Assembly: GCA_045545475.1 (NCBI GenBank)
Contig: JAZQAZ010000030.1
Coordinates: 87,764-151,763 of the forward strand
DNA from: Clostridia bacterium
GTDB lineage: Bacteria; Bacillota; Clostridia; CAKSNL01; HGM11501
Direction of reading: 5' to 3'
DNA: 64,000 nucleotides
How positions within the stretch are numbered: position 1 is the stretch's first letter; each line of letters begins with the position of its first letter. This document shows, piece after piece, positions 53,654 through 63,658 of this stretch. A program made the translations under genes and the position numbers. Below the pieces are notes generated by a model. It had not been told where the DNA came from and ran no database searches. It saw only the letters and a program-made list of their open reading frames with translations.

Positions 53654-54447
53654 TTATTTATCTTCTTTTTAAGGTCTTTTTTCGGGGGTGTTCCGTGGGC
53701 CTCCTTATAGGCTCTGTAAAAGGAGGAATAGTCCTTATACCCCGCCTTTATTGCCGCTTCGCCCAAAGTATATTCCCCGTCCTCGCTTAATTCCTCCACA
53801 TACCGGAGACGCTTTGTTCTTATATATTCGTTTACCGTGTGCCCCGTCGCTTCCTTAAATATTCTGGTTAAGTGATATTTCGTTATGAAAAAGCTTTCTG
53901 CAATTTCCTCCAGAGAAAGCTTTTCCGTGAAATGCTCGTTTATATAGGCAACGATTTCCTTAACCCTTTTTTTACCCGTATTTTCCGTGGAAAAGCAGTC
54001 GTTTTTATGGGCAAGATATAAAAGCTGCACCACCAGAGACCTTATATAAGGATCGTCATAATCGGAAAGGCCCTCGCGCATAAGGCCGATAATATCACTT
54101 ATTCCTGCACTCTTCGCTGTTTTTGCGCTTATCTTGTTTTTTTCTCCGCAGCTTCTTTCCCAGAAAATATCCCTGTAATGCTCGCAGGAGTGGCGGACGA
54201 AAAAATCTTCATCAAACTGTATTACCATTCTTAAATAATCCGACTCCGACTTGTGATGAACACGGTGCATTTCCCCGGGGCGTATGAAAATCATATCACC
54301 CTCCGAAAGGGGGTAGTCCGCACCCTCAACGGCATATGCCGCATCGCCCTTTTCAAAAATATAAATTTCGTAAAAATCGTGGTCGTGAAGCCTGAAAAAT
54401 GTACTGTCTATCTTTTTTGTATATTCCTCGCTTGCCTGAAAAAACAT
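53650..54447 (-). CDS. AraC family regulator with cupin sensor domain
   Basis: HDHDFYEIY..PGEMH; YINEHFTEKLSLEEIA..YHLTRIFK..GYKDYSSFYRAY. Confidence 0.92.
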   Translation of the reverse strand: MFFQASEEYTKKIDSTFFRLHDHDFYEIYIFEKGDAAYAVEGADYPLSEGDMIFIRPGEMHRVHHKSESDYLRMVIQFDEDFFVRHSCEHYRDIFWERSCGEKNKISAKTAKSAGISDIIGLMREGLSDYDDPYIRSLVVQLLYLAHKNDCFSTENTGKKRVKEIVAYINEHFTEKLSLEEIAESFFITKYHLTRIFKEATGHTVNEYIRTKRLRYVEELSEDGEYTLGEAAIKAGYKDYSSFYRAYKEAHGTPPKKDLKKKINN

Positions 54448-54483
54448 TTTACCGCCTCCTTTACGGAAATTTTACCACAAAAG

Positions 54484-54517
54484 AGCAATATTTGCAATAA
54501 AAAAAGCAACATTTGCA
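54484..54517 (+). promoter_or_regulatory. Putative AraC-type binding site (direct repeats, 21-bp period)
   Basis: AGCAATATTTGCA (54484) and AGCAACATTTGCA (54505), upstream of TGcTATTAT at 54539-54547. Confidence 0.6.
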
Positions 54518-54567
54518 CTGTTAATTTAAATAAAATTGTGCTATTATGGTAAAAGGAGGTGTATGTA

Positions 54568-56580
54568 ATGTACGCAAATTATATGATATCGGGTTTTTCC
54601 GACGAAATTTCAAGTGACATTGATGTTCAGTTTACCGCCCTTAACAAAATGGGTATAAAATTTTTCGAGCCCAGAGGCGTAAACGGCAAAAACATTTCAT
54701 CTTTAACCGATGAAGAGCTTACCGCTTTAAAGGGAAAGATGGGACAGTACAGAATAAAGGCTTCTTCCATCGGTTCCCCCATCGGCAAGATTAAAATAAC
54801 CGACGATTTTGAGCCTCATTTTGAAACCTTTAAGCGAACATGCTACATAGCACGCTTTTTAGGTGCACCCACCATAAGAATGTTTTCATTTTTTATTCCC
54901 GACGGCGAGTATGACAAATACCGTGACGAGGTTTTAAGAAGACTCCGCCTTATGGTAGACTATGCCGCAAGGGAAAAGGTTTTACTTCTCCACGAAAACG
55001 AAAAAGGAATTTACGGCGAAACGGACGAGCGTTGTTTAGATATCCTTTCTTCCATCAACTCACCCTATTTCAAGGCAGTTTTCGATCCTGCAAACTTCGT
55101 TCAGGCACACGTTGACACAAAGAAGGCTTTTGCCCTTCTTAAAGACTATGTAACCTATATGCACATAAAGGATGCAAAGGAAGACGGCAGTGTTGTTCCC
55201 GCAGGATATGGTGAGGGAAATGTTTCCTATATTTTGGGAGAGCTTGAAAAGATGGGCTATTACGGCTTTTTAAGCTTGGAGCCCCACCTTGGTGCATTTA
55301 CGGGACTTTCCGACATTGACGACACCGCAAACGAAACGGTAAGTAAGGAAAAGAGCGATGAGGCTAAATTCGCTCTTGCTTATGAATCACTTAAAAATGC
55401 TTTGAGGAAGGCAGGTCACAATATGAATAAGGTAAAAATGGGTATTATCGGCTTTGGTAATATGGGTATGCAGCACGCAAGAAACATCACAGAGGGAAAA
55501 GTTCCCAAGATGGAGCTTGCCGCAATCTGCGATATAGACCCCGAAAAGGCGGCAAAGGCAAAGGCAGACTATAATGTTCCCACATTTACGGATGCCGAGG
55601 AAATGATGAAATCCGGCCTTTGCGATTCAGTTTTAATCGCAATCCCCCACTATGACCACTCCCCCTATGCGATTATGGCGTTTAACTACGGCTTGAACGT
55701 ACTTACAGAAAAGCCCGCAGGCGTTCACACCAAGCAGGTACTGGAAATGAACGAGGCTGCCAAAAAGAGCGGTAACGTTTTCGGAATTATGTTCAACCAG
55801 AGAACCAACCCCATGTATCAGAAGCTTCGTGAAATGATAAAATCCGGTGAGCTTGGTCACATCAAGAGAATTTCCTGGATAGTTACCGACTGGTACCGTT
55901 CCAATGCATATCACAAGAGTGCAACCTGGCGTTCAACCTGGGACAAAGAAGGCGGCGGAACACTTGTTAATCAGAACCCCCATCAGCTTGACCTGTGGCA
56001 GTGGATGTTCGGTATGCCCGATACAGTTTACGCTGACTGCTCCTTCGGTAAGTATCACGATATTGATGTTGACGACGAGGTTACTGCATACCTTACATAT
56101 AAAAACGGCACAACCGGTACATATATAACCTCCACAGCCGAGGCTCCCGGTACAAACCGTCTTGAAATTGCCTGCGACGCGGGTAAAATCGTTATCGAAA
56201 GCGGCAAAATGATATTTAAGAAATTAAAGCAGGCAGAACCCGAATTTGATAAGACAAACACCGTTCCCTTCGCCTGCCCCGAATACCAGGATGTTCTTAT
56301 GGATGTTTCCGGAAGCGGACCTCAGCACGTCGGTATCTTAAACGACTATGCAGAAGCTGTGCTTAACGGCACTCCCTTACTTGCTCCCGGTGAGGAGGGC
56401 ATAAACGGAGTTACCCTTGCAAGTGCAATGTACTTATCCACCTGGAGAGGCGTTGAGACCATCGACCTCAATAACTTCCCCCATCAGGAATTTTATGAGA
56501 GACTGATGGAAAAGGCAGCCAATGCCAAAGAAAAGAAAGGCGTTAAGAGCCAGACCGTTGACATTGACGGCACATATTGA
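54568..56580 (+). CDS. Fusion of a sugar-phosphate isomerase/epimerase (AP_endonuc_2) domain and a Gfo/Idh/MocA oxidoreductase
   Basis: N-half ISGFSDEI, HENEKGIYG, FDPANF, HIKD, LSLEPH; C-half MGIIGFGNMG, PHYDH, EKP, GGGTLVNQNPH; ATG 54568 behind AGGAGG. Confidence 0.85.
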   Translation: MYANYMISGFSDEISSDIDVQFTALNKMGIKFFEPRGVNGKNISSLTDEELTALKGKMGQYRIKASSIGSPIGKIKITDDFEPHFETFKRTCYIARFLGAPTIRMFSFFIPDGEYDKYRDEVLRRLRLMVDYAAREKVLLLHENEKGIYGETDERCLDILSSINSPYFKAVFDPANFVQAHVDTKKAFALLKDYVTYMHIKDAKEDGSVVPAGYGEGNVSYILGELEKMGYYGFLSLEPHLGAFTGLSDIDDTANETVSKEKSDEAKFALAYESLKNALRKAGHNMNKVKMGIIGFGNMGMQHARNITEGKVPKMELAAICDIDPEKAAKAKADYNVPTFTDAEEMMKSGLCDSVLIAIPHYDHSPYAIMAFNYGLNVLTEKPAGVHTKQVLEMNEAAKKSGNVFGIMFNQRTNPMYQKLREMIKSGELGHIKRISWIVTDWYRSNAYHKSATWRSTWDKEGGGTLVNQNPHQLDLWQWMFGMPDTVYADCSFGKYHDIDVDDEVTAYLTYKNGTTGTYITSTAEAPGTNRLEIACDAGKIVIESGKMIFKKLKQAEPEFDKTNTVPFACPEYQDVLMDVSGSGPQHVGILNDYAEAVLNGTPLLAPGEEGINGVTLASAMYLSTWRGVETIDLNNFPHQEFYERLMEKAANAKEKKGVKSQTVDIDGTY

Positions 56581-56594
56581 TGGGAGGAATTAAA

Positions 56595-57365
56595 ATGGAT
56601 AAAAGAATAGGTGCACAGCTATATACCTTAAGAGATTTCTGCAAAACTGCAGAAGACCTTGATTCCACCCTTGAAAGAGTAAGTGCAATTGGCTATAAAA
56701 TCCTTCAGGTTTCCGGCGTCGGCCCCATCCCCGCTAAGGAAATAAGGGAAATTGCAGATAAATACAACCTTGAAATTAAGGTTACTCACAGAGGGTTTCC
56801 CGAATTCACCAAAAACATCGACGCTTTGGTTGAGTTTCATAAAACATTGGGTGCCGATTTTGCAGGCCTCGGTATGATTCCCACCGAATATCTTAAGTCA
56901 AAAGAAGCCTTAATGGAATTTATAAAGGTTATGAGCGATGCGGCAGTTGAGCTTTCCAAAAACGGTCTTGGTTTATCCTATCACAACCACGCAGTAGAAT
57001 TTGCAAAGCTTGACGGAGAATATGTTTTCGATACCATACTTAACAATACCCCCGAATGTCTTAAGTTTATGGTGGACGTTCACTGGGTTGCTGTAGGCGG
57101 TGTGGACCCCGCAAAATGGCTCCTTCACTGCAAGGACAGATTGAGCGGTGTTCACTTCAAGGACTATAAAATTCTTTCAGGCACAAACACTCCCAGATTT
57201 GCGGAGGTTATGGAAGGCAACTTAAACTGGGATGAAATTTTTGATGCCTGTGAAAAGGCAAACGCTCCCTACGCTTTTGTTGAGCAGGACGATTGCTATG
57301 GCGCTGACCCCTTCCTCTGCATGGAAACCAGCTATAAAAATCTTACAAAGAAGGGATTTATTTGA
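56595..57365 (+). CDS. Sugar-phosphate isomerase/epimerase (IolE/AP_endonuc_2 family)
   Basis: IGAQLYTLR, YHNHAVEF, DVHWV, HFKD, VEQD; ATG 56595 behind GGAGG. Confidence 0.9.
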   Translation: MDKRIGAQLYTLRDFCKTAEDLDSTLERVSAIGYKILQVSGVGPIPAKEIREIADKYNLEIKVTHRGFPEFTKNIDALVEFHKTLGADFAGLGMIPTEYLKSKEALMEFIKVMSDAAVELSKNGLGLSYHNHAVEFAKLDGEYVFDTILNNTPECLKFMVDVHWVAVGGVDPAKWLLHCKDRLSGVHFKDYKILSGTNTPRFAEVMEGNLNWDEIFDACEKANAPYAFVEQDDCYGADPFLCMETSYKNLTKKGFI

Positions 57366-58342
57366 TTAAGAATATTTGTATCGTCGGCTACGGCTGCATA
57401 GCACCCGTACATGCCGCGGCACTTTTAAAACTCCCCGAAGAAGTGAATATTTACGCCATCTGCGATATTGTCAGGGAAAGAGCAGATAAGGGTGCAGAAA
57501 AATACGGTGCAAAGGCATATTACAGCATAGACGAGGCCCTTAAAGATGAGGCGATAGATGTTTTTCACATCTGCACGCCCCACTATCTTCACTTCCCTAT
57601 GACCGAAAAGTGCCTTGCCAAGGGCAAAATGGTGGTTTCGGAAAAGCCCCTTGTTATGACAAAGGATGAGCTTTCAAAGGTTTCAGCCTTTAAGGATTCT
57701 GATCTTTACTGCATTTTCCAGAACCGTACCAATAACTCCGTTCAAAAGCTTAAGGAAATAATCGATTCTGATAAAACCCTGGGCAAGCTTACGGGAATCC
57801 GTGCCATTATGACCTGGAAGAGAACCGCAGCATATTACAGAAGCGGCCCCTGGAGAGGAAAAATTGCAACCGAAGGCGGTGGCGTACTTATAAATCAGTC
57901 CATCCACACCCTTGACTTAATGTGCTTATTTGGCGGAAAGGTAGTATCTGCCGAGGCGAAGATGTCAAACCACTCCTTAAAAGGAGAAATTGAGGTTGAG
58001 GACACGGTGGAGGCTTATGTAAAGTTTGAAAACGGTGCATCGGGCATATTCTACGCCACCAACGCAAATGCTTTTGACTCCCCCACCATACTTGACATTT
58101 CCTTTGAAAACGCCTCCTTCCGCTATATTGACGGAAAACTTTATAGGGGCGGAGAGCTTCTTGCCTCCGATACCGCAGATGCTCCCGGCAAGGCTTGCTG
58201 GGGAAGCGGCCACGAAAGAGAATTTTTCAACATATACAAAGGAAATTCTCCCCTTAAATACAAGGATGTTGAAAACACCTTAAAAACCGTTTTCGCCTTT
58301 TACGAAAGTGCGAAAAATGACGGAAAGGAGATTATTTTATGA
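57362..58342 (+). CDS. Gfo/Idh/MocA family oxidoreductase
   Basis: IVGYGCIA, ICTPHYLH, SEKP, GGGVLINQSIHTLD. Confidence 0.9.
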   Translation: MIKNICIVGYGCIAPVHAAALLKLPEEVNIYAICDIVRERADKGAEKYGAKAYYSIDEALKDEAIDVFHICTPHYLHFPMTEKCLAKGKMVVSEKPLVMTKDELSKVSAFKDSDLYCIFQNRTNNSVQKLKEIIDSDKTLGKLTGIRAIMTWKRTAAYYRSGPWRGKIATEGGGVLINQSIHTLDLMCLFGGKVVSAEAKMSNHSLKGEIEVEDTVEAYVKFENGASGIFYATNANAFDSPTILDISFENASFRYIDGKLYRGGELLASDTADAPGKACWGSGHEREFFNIYKGNSPLKYKDVENTLKTVFAFYESAKNDGKEIIL

Positions 58343-59376
58343 AAATGACCATGCGCTGGTACGGCCACGACGATCCCGTTACGCTGTCCCACATCAGGCA
58401 GATCCCCAATGTTACCGGCATTGTTTCTGCAATTTACGATATTCCCGTTGGAGAGGTGTGGCCCTTAGACCGTATCTTAAAGCTTAAAGAGGATATTGAA
58501 AAGGAAGGTTTAGAGCTTTCCGTTATCGAAAGCGTTCCCGTTCACGAGGACATCAAGATGGGTACGGGCAAGCGTGACTACTACATAAAAAACTATGCAG
58601 AAACCTTAAGAAATTTAGGCAAGGCAGGAATTGACTGTGTATGCTACAACTTTATGCCCGTTTTCGACTGGACGAGAACCGAGCTTAAGCATTTGAATCC
58701 CGACGGTTCAAATTCCCTTTCCTATGTGCATGAAACTGCAATGGCCATGGACCCCCTAAAGGGCGATTTATCCCTTCCCGGCTGGGACTCCTCCTACACC
58801 AAGGACGAGATGCAGTCGCTCTTAAAGACCTATGCAAATATTTCTGAAGAGGATTTATGGGCAAACCTTAAATATTTCCTTGACGGCGTTATGCCTGCGG
58901 CAGAGGAAGCGGGAGTTAATATGGCAATCCATCCCGACGATCCTCCCTTCCCCATTTTCGGACTTCCCAGGGTTATCACCAACAAGGAAAACTTAATCCG
59001 CTTCTTAAAGCTTTACGATAAGCCCTGCAACGGCCTTACCCTTTGCACAGGCTCACTTGGCGTACTTGAGTCCAATGACATAATCGATATGATTCATACC
59101 TTCCCCGACAGAATCCACTTTGCTCACATAAGAAACATCAAGAGAGAAAATGAGTGCGATTTCACCGAAACCGCCCACAAGACGGAGTGCGGCTCCCTTG
59201 ACATTTACGGCATTGTAAGAGCATACTGTGAAGAAAAGTGGGACGGTTACGTTCGTCCCGACCACGGCAGAATGATATGGGGCGAGGAAGGCAGATTTGG
59301 CTATGGCTTATTTGACAGAGCCCTTGGTGCCACATACCTTTCCGGTTTATTTGAAGCCGTTGAAAAAACTTTATAA
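58339..59376 (+). CDS. uxuA: Mannonate dehydratase
   Basis: MKMTMRWYG, IESVPVHEDIK, CYNFMPVFDWTRT, AIHPDDPP, RPDHGR, DRALG. Confidence 0.97.
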   Translation: MKMTMRWYGHDDPVTLSHIRQIPNVTGIVSAIYDIPVGEVWPLDRILKLKEDIEKEGLELSVIESVPVHEDIKMGTGKRDYYIKNYAETLRNLGKAGIDCVCYNFMPVFDWTRTELKHLNPDGSNSLSYVHETAMAMDPLKGDLSLPGWDSSYTKDEMQSLLKTYANISEEDLWANLKYFLDGVMPAAEEAGVNMAIHPDDPPFPIFGLPRVITNKENLIRFLKLYDKPCNGLTLCTGSLGVLESNDIIDMIHTFPDRIHFAHIRNIKRENECDFTETAHKTECGSLDIYGIVRAYCEEKWDGYVRPDHGRMIWGEEGRFGYGLFDRALGATYLSGLFEAVEKTL

Positions 59377-59390
59377 GAAGGAATGATATT

Positions 59391-60245
59391 ATGACTAAAT
59401 TACCTTTTGAAACAGACCTTTCATCGTCTGTTGCGGTTATCACAGGCGGTGCAGGCGTTATCTGCTCATCCTTTGCAAAAACCGTGGCAAAGGCAGGAGC
59501 AAAGGTTGCCGTTCTTGACTTAAACGGCGATGCGGCAAAGGCACTTGCCGACGAGATAAATTCAGACGGCGGATGTGCAATAGGCTTATCTGCCAACGTG
59601 CTTGATAAAAATAGTCTTCTTGAAGCAAAGAAGGCTGTAAACGATGCTTTCGGCAAGGTTGACATTCTGATAAACGGTGCAGGCGGAAACAACCCCAGAG
59701 GAACAACCTCGGCAGAGTATTACGAAATGGGCGACGAGGACAAGGAAGACCTTGTTTCCTTCTTTGACTTAGACCCCACGGGAATCGAATTTGTGTTTAA
59801 CTTAAACTTCTTAGGCACACTTCTTCCCACCCAGGTCTTTGCCAAGGATATGGTCGGAAACAAAAGAGCAACCATCGTAAACATATCTTCGATGAACGCT
59901 TTTACTCCCCTTACGAAAATCCCTGCATATTCAGGTGCCAAGGCTGCGGTTTCGAACTTCACACAGTGGCTCTCAGTTCACTTTTCAAAGGTGGGCATAA
60001 GAGTAAACGCAATTGCACCGGGCTTTTTCCTAACCAATCAGAACAGAGGGCTTCTTCTTAAGGAAGACGGAAGCTTAACACCCCGCTCCGAAAAGATTTT
60101 ATCCCAGACTCCTTTCGGAAGATTCGGCGATGTATCCGAGCTTTCGGGAACCTTATTATACCTTTTAACCTACGAAGCATCAAGTTTTGTATCGGGAATT
60201 GTAATTCCCGTTGACGGCGGCTTCTCCGCATACTCAGGTGTATAA
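59391..60245 (+). CDS. uxuB: SDR-family D-mannonate oxidoreductase (fructuronate reductase)
   Basis: TGGAGVI, LINGAGGNNP, PLTKIPAYSGAKAA, NAIAPGFF, VDGGFSAYSGV; adjacent to uxuA. Confidence 0.85.
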   Translation: MTKLPFETDLSSSVAVITGGAGVICSSFAKTVAKAGAKVAVLDLNGDAAKALADEINSDGGCAIGLSANVLDKNSLLEAKKAVNDAFGKVDILINGAGGNNPRGTTSAEYYEMGDEDKEDLVSFFDLDPTGIEFVFNLNFLGTLLPTQVFAKDMVGNKRATIVNISSMNAFTPLTKIPAYSGAKAAVSNFTQWLSVHFSKVGIRVNAIAPGFFLTNQNRGLLLKEDGSLTPRSEKILSQTPFGRFGDVSELSGTLLYLLTYEASSFVSGIVIPVDGGFSAYSGV

Positions 60246-60246
60246 C

Positions 60247-60282
60247 AAAAAAGTGTAACGGCTTTGCCGTTACTCTTTTTTT
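60247..60282. terminator. Bidirectional terminator
   Basis: AAAAAAGTGTAACGGC-TTT-GCCGTTACTCTTTTTTT. Confidence 0.8.
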
Positions 60283-61420
60283 ATTTTATCAAACCTTTTT
60301 CAATTTTTAATGAAAGTATTTTTCTCACGCTTTCGTCTATTCGCTCTTCCGTGATTTCGCCCGAAGCAACTGCCGCGATTATGGCGTTATGGGCAACTGT
60401 CAGGTCCTTGGGCATTAAAATCATGTCACAGCCTGCCAGTATTGCCTTTACCGTTGCTTCCTCTGTTGTATATTGGTTTGCAATCGCACCCATGTTCATT
60501 GCATCCGTAATGACAATTCCCTTATAGCCAAGCTCGCCTTTGAGCATTCCTTCTACTACTTCGGAAGAAAGTGTGGCAGGCAGCTTATCCTTTGTGGCAT
60601 TTACCATTGTAATATGTGCCACCATGATAAAGTCAACACCTGCTGAAATGCCCTTGGCAAACGGAATAAATTCAGCCTGCCTTAATTCCTCCAAAGTCCT
60701 TGTACTTGCGGCATAGCCTGAATGACTGTCGCTATATGTGCTTCCGTGTCCCGGGAAATGCTTAAGTGTTGCAGAAACACCGTTTTCCTCCATTCCCTTT
60801 ACTTCCTCAAAAACCATTGTGGCCACATTTTCAGGGTCAGTTCCAAAGGAACGGTTTCCTATAACGGAGTTTCCCTCGTTTACCAAAACATCTGCAACAG
60901 GTGCAAAATCCACATTAAATCCGAGATACGAAAGCTCGCTTCCCAATGTCTTTCCGACGTCATAAGCCTTTTCAGGATTTTTACTTTCCCCGATTTCCCG
61001 CATGGGAGGATGATAAGTAACCCCCATCAAAGAATTGCTTCCAAGTCTCGAAACTATTCCGCCCTCCTCGTCAACACCCGTAAAAAGAGGAATTTTTGAA
61101 TAATTTTGCGTATTTTCAATCATTTCCTTCGTTTGCGTTGCATTTTTCAGATTTGCGGAAAAGTAAATTATTCCGCCCACAGGCTTCTCTGAAAGAGCCT
61201 TCTTTGTAGCTTCTCCTGCCTGAATTACCGTTCCGACTCCGGTTATGGCTTCGGGAGTTACAAACATCAATTGATAAACTTTGTCAGAAAGCGTCATTTC
61301 TTCCATAAGCTGACAAACCTTATCCGGCTCTTTAACCTCACTCTCAATAGTCTCCTCATGTTCGCCACACCCCGGAATCGTGATGAGAAGAGCCATTATT
61401 GCAGCAATGATACGTTTCAT
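60281..61420 (-). CDS. GH3 beta-N-acetylglucosaminidase (NagZ-type), predicted lipoprotein
   Basis: ATG 61420 behind AGGAGG; lipobox-like IPGC; DEEGG.VSRL, FAPVAD, KHFPGHGSTYSDSH, ITDAM. Confidence 0.85.
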   Translation of the reverse strand: MKRIIAAIMALLITIPGCGEHEETIESEVKEPDKVCQLMEEMTLSDKVYQLMFVTPEAITGVGTVIQAGEATKKALSEKPVGGIIYFSANLKNATQTKEMIENTQNYSKIPLFTGVDEEGGIVSRLGSNSLMGVTYHPPMREIGESKNPEKAYDVGKTLGSELSYLGFNVDFAPVADVLVNEGNSVIGNRSFGTDPENVATMVFEEVKGMEENGVSATLKHFPGHGSTYSDSHSGYAASTRTLEELRQAEFIPFAKGISAGVDFIMVAHITMVNATKDKLPATLSSEVVEGMLKGELGYKGIVITDAMNMGAIANQYTTEEATVKAILAGCDMILMPKDLTVAHNAIIAAVASGEITEERIDESVRKILSLKIEKGLIK

Positions 61421-61421
61421 A

Positions 61422-62354
61422 TTATTCCTCCTTAAGAGAGTCAATCATTGAAATTACCTCGTCGGGATTTACCGATGAAAACAGAGCATTTCTTATTTTT
61501 GCCGCACCTCTGATGGTTTTTAAATACCATGCAAGGTGTTTTCTTGATTCCAAAATACCTCTTACCTCGCCTTTCTTTTCCATGGCAAGGAGCAAGTGGC
61601 GTTTGCAAATTTCTATCCTTTCACCTGCCGTTGCCACCGGCAAAAGATTACCGGTTGTAAAATAATGGTCGATTTCCCTGAATAAGAATGGGTTTCCGAG
61701 ACAGCCTCTCCCGACCATAATTTCATCCACAAGAGTTTCTTTTATCATATTTTCTGCATCAATGGCAGAAAATATATCTCCGTTTCCCACCACAGGAATT
61801 TTAACGCTTTCCTTCACACGCCTTATGGCGGAAAGATTTGCCTTTCCCGAATAAAGCTGTTCCTTGGTTCTTCCGTGAATATAAATTTTATCGGCACCGG
61901 CATTTTCCATTGCCTTTGCAAATTCAGGGGAGGTTTCACTCTCTATCCCCATGCGAAATTTAACGCTTACAGGAAGGCTGACTTTCTTTTTTACCGCCGT
62001 TACGATTTCACCTGCAAGAGTGGGATTTTTCATTAAAGCACAACCGTCCCCGTTTCCTTCAATTTTAGGCATGGGACATCCCATATTTATATTTACTTCC
62101 GTGGCATAGGGTGTAACTTTATCTGCCGCTTCAGCCAAAATTTCCGGTTCGTGGCCAAATAGCTGTACTATCATTTTCCCTTCATCTTCTCCGGGAAGAA
62201 GAGCAAGAGTTTTCCTGTCGTTATAGTGCATTGCCTTGGCACTTATCATTTCAGTAAAAGGAATCGCCTTTCCGAAAGACGATACTATCTTTCTGAAAAC
62301 CTCATCGGCAACACCCGCCATAGGTGCAAGATAAACCTTTGTATTATAAGTCAA
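61422..62354 (-). CDS. dusB: tRNA-dihydrouridine synthase B
   Basis: LAPMAG, QLFG, NINMGCP, SVKFR.G, IHGRT, GNGDI, MVGRG.LGNP, RKHLAWY. Confidence 0.92.
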   Translation of the reverse strand: MTYNTKVYLAPMAGVADEVFRKIVSSFGKAIPFTEMISAKAMHYNDRKTLALLPGEDEGKMIVQLFGHEPEILAEAADKVTPYATEVNINMGCPMPKIEGNGDGCALMKNPTLAGEIVTAVKKKVSLPVSVKFRMGIESETSPEFAKAMENAGADKIYIHGRTKEQLYSGKANLSAIRRVKESVKIPVVGNGDIFSAIDAENMIKETLVDEIMVGRGCLGNPFLFREIDHYFTTGNLLPVATAGERIEICKRHLLLAMEKKGEVRGILESRKHLAWYLKTIRGAAKIRNALFSSVNPDEVISMIDSLKEE

Positions 62355-63417
62355 GCCTTAAATCCTCCGATTTAATAAGTTTCATTTTTCTCATCACTTC
62401 CGAGAAGAAAAGAGATATAATTGCGGGCAAAATAAAGTGCATAAGGATAATAAGTGCAATTGCCACAAGGGGAGTAAACGCCGCATATCCCGAAGCATTT
62501 ACTGCCGTCATTGCTGAAAATGACTGAATCGGGCCAACCAGTCCCGCTGTTCCCATTCCGGAACCCATGGGATTGGAAATCATGCCGATAGATGTTGAGA
62601 TAGGTCCCAGGATAGCACTTGCAAGAATTACCGGAAGCCAAATAATCGGCTTTTTGACTATATTCGGCATCTGAAGCATGCTTGTACCAAGTCCCTGAGC
62701 AATGAGTCCTCCCATTTTATTTTCACGGTAACTTATAACCGCAAATCCTATCATGTTGGCACAGCAACCCACCGTTGCCGCACCTGCCGCAAGGCCGGAT
62801 AATCCCATGGTTATGCCTATTGCCGCAGAGCTTATGGGAAGAGTTAAGAAGATACCCATAAGTACCGAAACTATGATACCGCCTGTGATGGGAAATTCTG
62901 CCACGTTAATGTTTACAAGGTTTCCGAGCCACAGCATAAAAGCTGAAATGGGAGGTCCGAGTATAATTCCCAGTGCAGAGCCCGAAAGAATTGAAACAAG
63001 CGGAGTTACTATTATATCCACCGGTGTTTTTCCTGACACCAGGCCACCAAGTTCAATTGCCACATATGCCGCAACAAAAGCTCCGAGCGGTTCTCCAACA
63101 GCACCAAGGTTTATCGCTCCGCCCGAATAGAATGTACCTTTAATAATTGCTCCTGCATAAGAGCCTACAAATCCGGCAACAGCAGCACCCACAACCAAAA
63201 GAGGTGCTTTTTTCTGCAGTTTTACTGCAACACCCACTCCGATACCTGCACCTGTAAGGATAGATGCAGCCTGCCCGATTACTATGAGATAATGTCCGAT
63301 AACGCCGGGAATGTATGCACCGATCTGCTTTAAGATTGTTCCGATTATGAGTGTGGCAAAAAGTCCCAACGCCATTCCGGAAAGTCCGTCAATAAATAAC
63401 CTTTTTAAAAATTTCAT
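62344..63417 (-). CDS. PTS EIIC-like (PTS_EIIC_2) membrane protein
   Basis: LSGMALGLFATLIIG, GEPLGAF, PISSAAI, GTSMLQMPNI, GMGTAGLVGP; alternative start at 63441. Confidence 0.85.
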   Translation of the reverse strand: MKFLKRLFIDGLSGMALGLFATLIIGTILKQIGAYIPGVIGHYLIVIGQAASILTGAGIGVGVAVKLQKKAPLLVVGAAVAGFVGSYAGAIIKGTFYSGGAINLGAVGEPLGAFVAAYVAIELGGLVSGKTPVDIIVTPLVSILSGSALGIILGPPISAFMLWLGNLVNINVAEFPITGGIIVSVLMGIFLTLPISSAAIGITMGLSGLAAGAATVGCCANMIGFAVISYRENKMGGLIAQGLGTSMLQMPNIVKKPIIWLPVILASAILGPISTSIGMISNPMGSGMGTAGLVGPIQSFSAMTAVNASGYAAFTPLVAIALIILMHFILPAIISLFFSEVMRKMKLIKSEDLRLDL

Positions 63418-63587
63418 TATGTAAATCCTTTCTTTTTTCATCCTCTTTTTTAAGAGGGGTTATTTTTGTCTTAAAGAGTCCAATGAGTTTTTTCTTAAAT
63501 TATATCCGAAATATGCCATAAATACAAGATTTTTTTAATTTTGCTGTCGCTTTTATCAAAATTTTTATAAAACTATTTAAAAAAGAC

Positions 63588-63615
63588 TTGTATTTTTAAA
63601 AAAATATGATAGAAT
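63588..63615 (+). promoter_or_regulatory. sigma-A promoter of the ferredoxin gene
   Basis: TTGTAT-16bp-TAGAAT with a TG extension. Confidence 0.55.
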
Positions 63616-63658
63616 GTAATGAAATAAGGTCTTAGACCTTTGGAGGAGGTGTACTATA

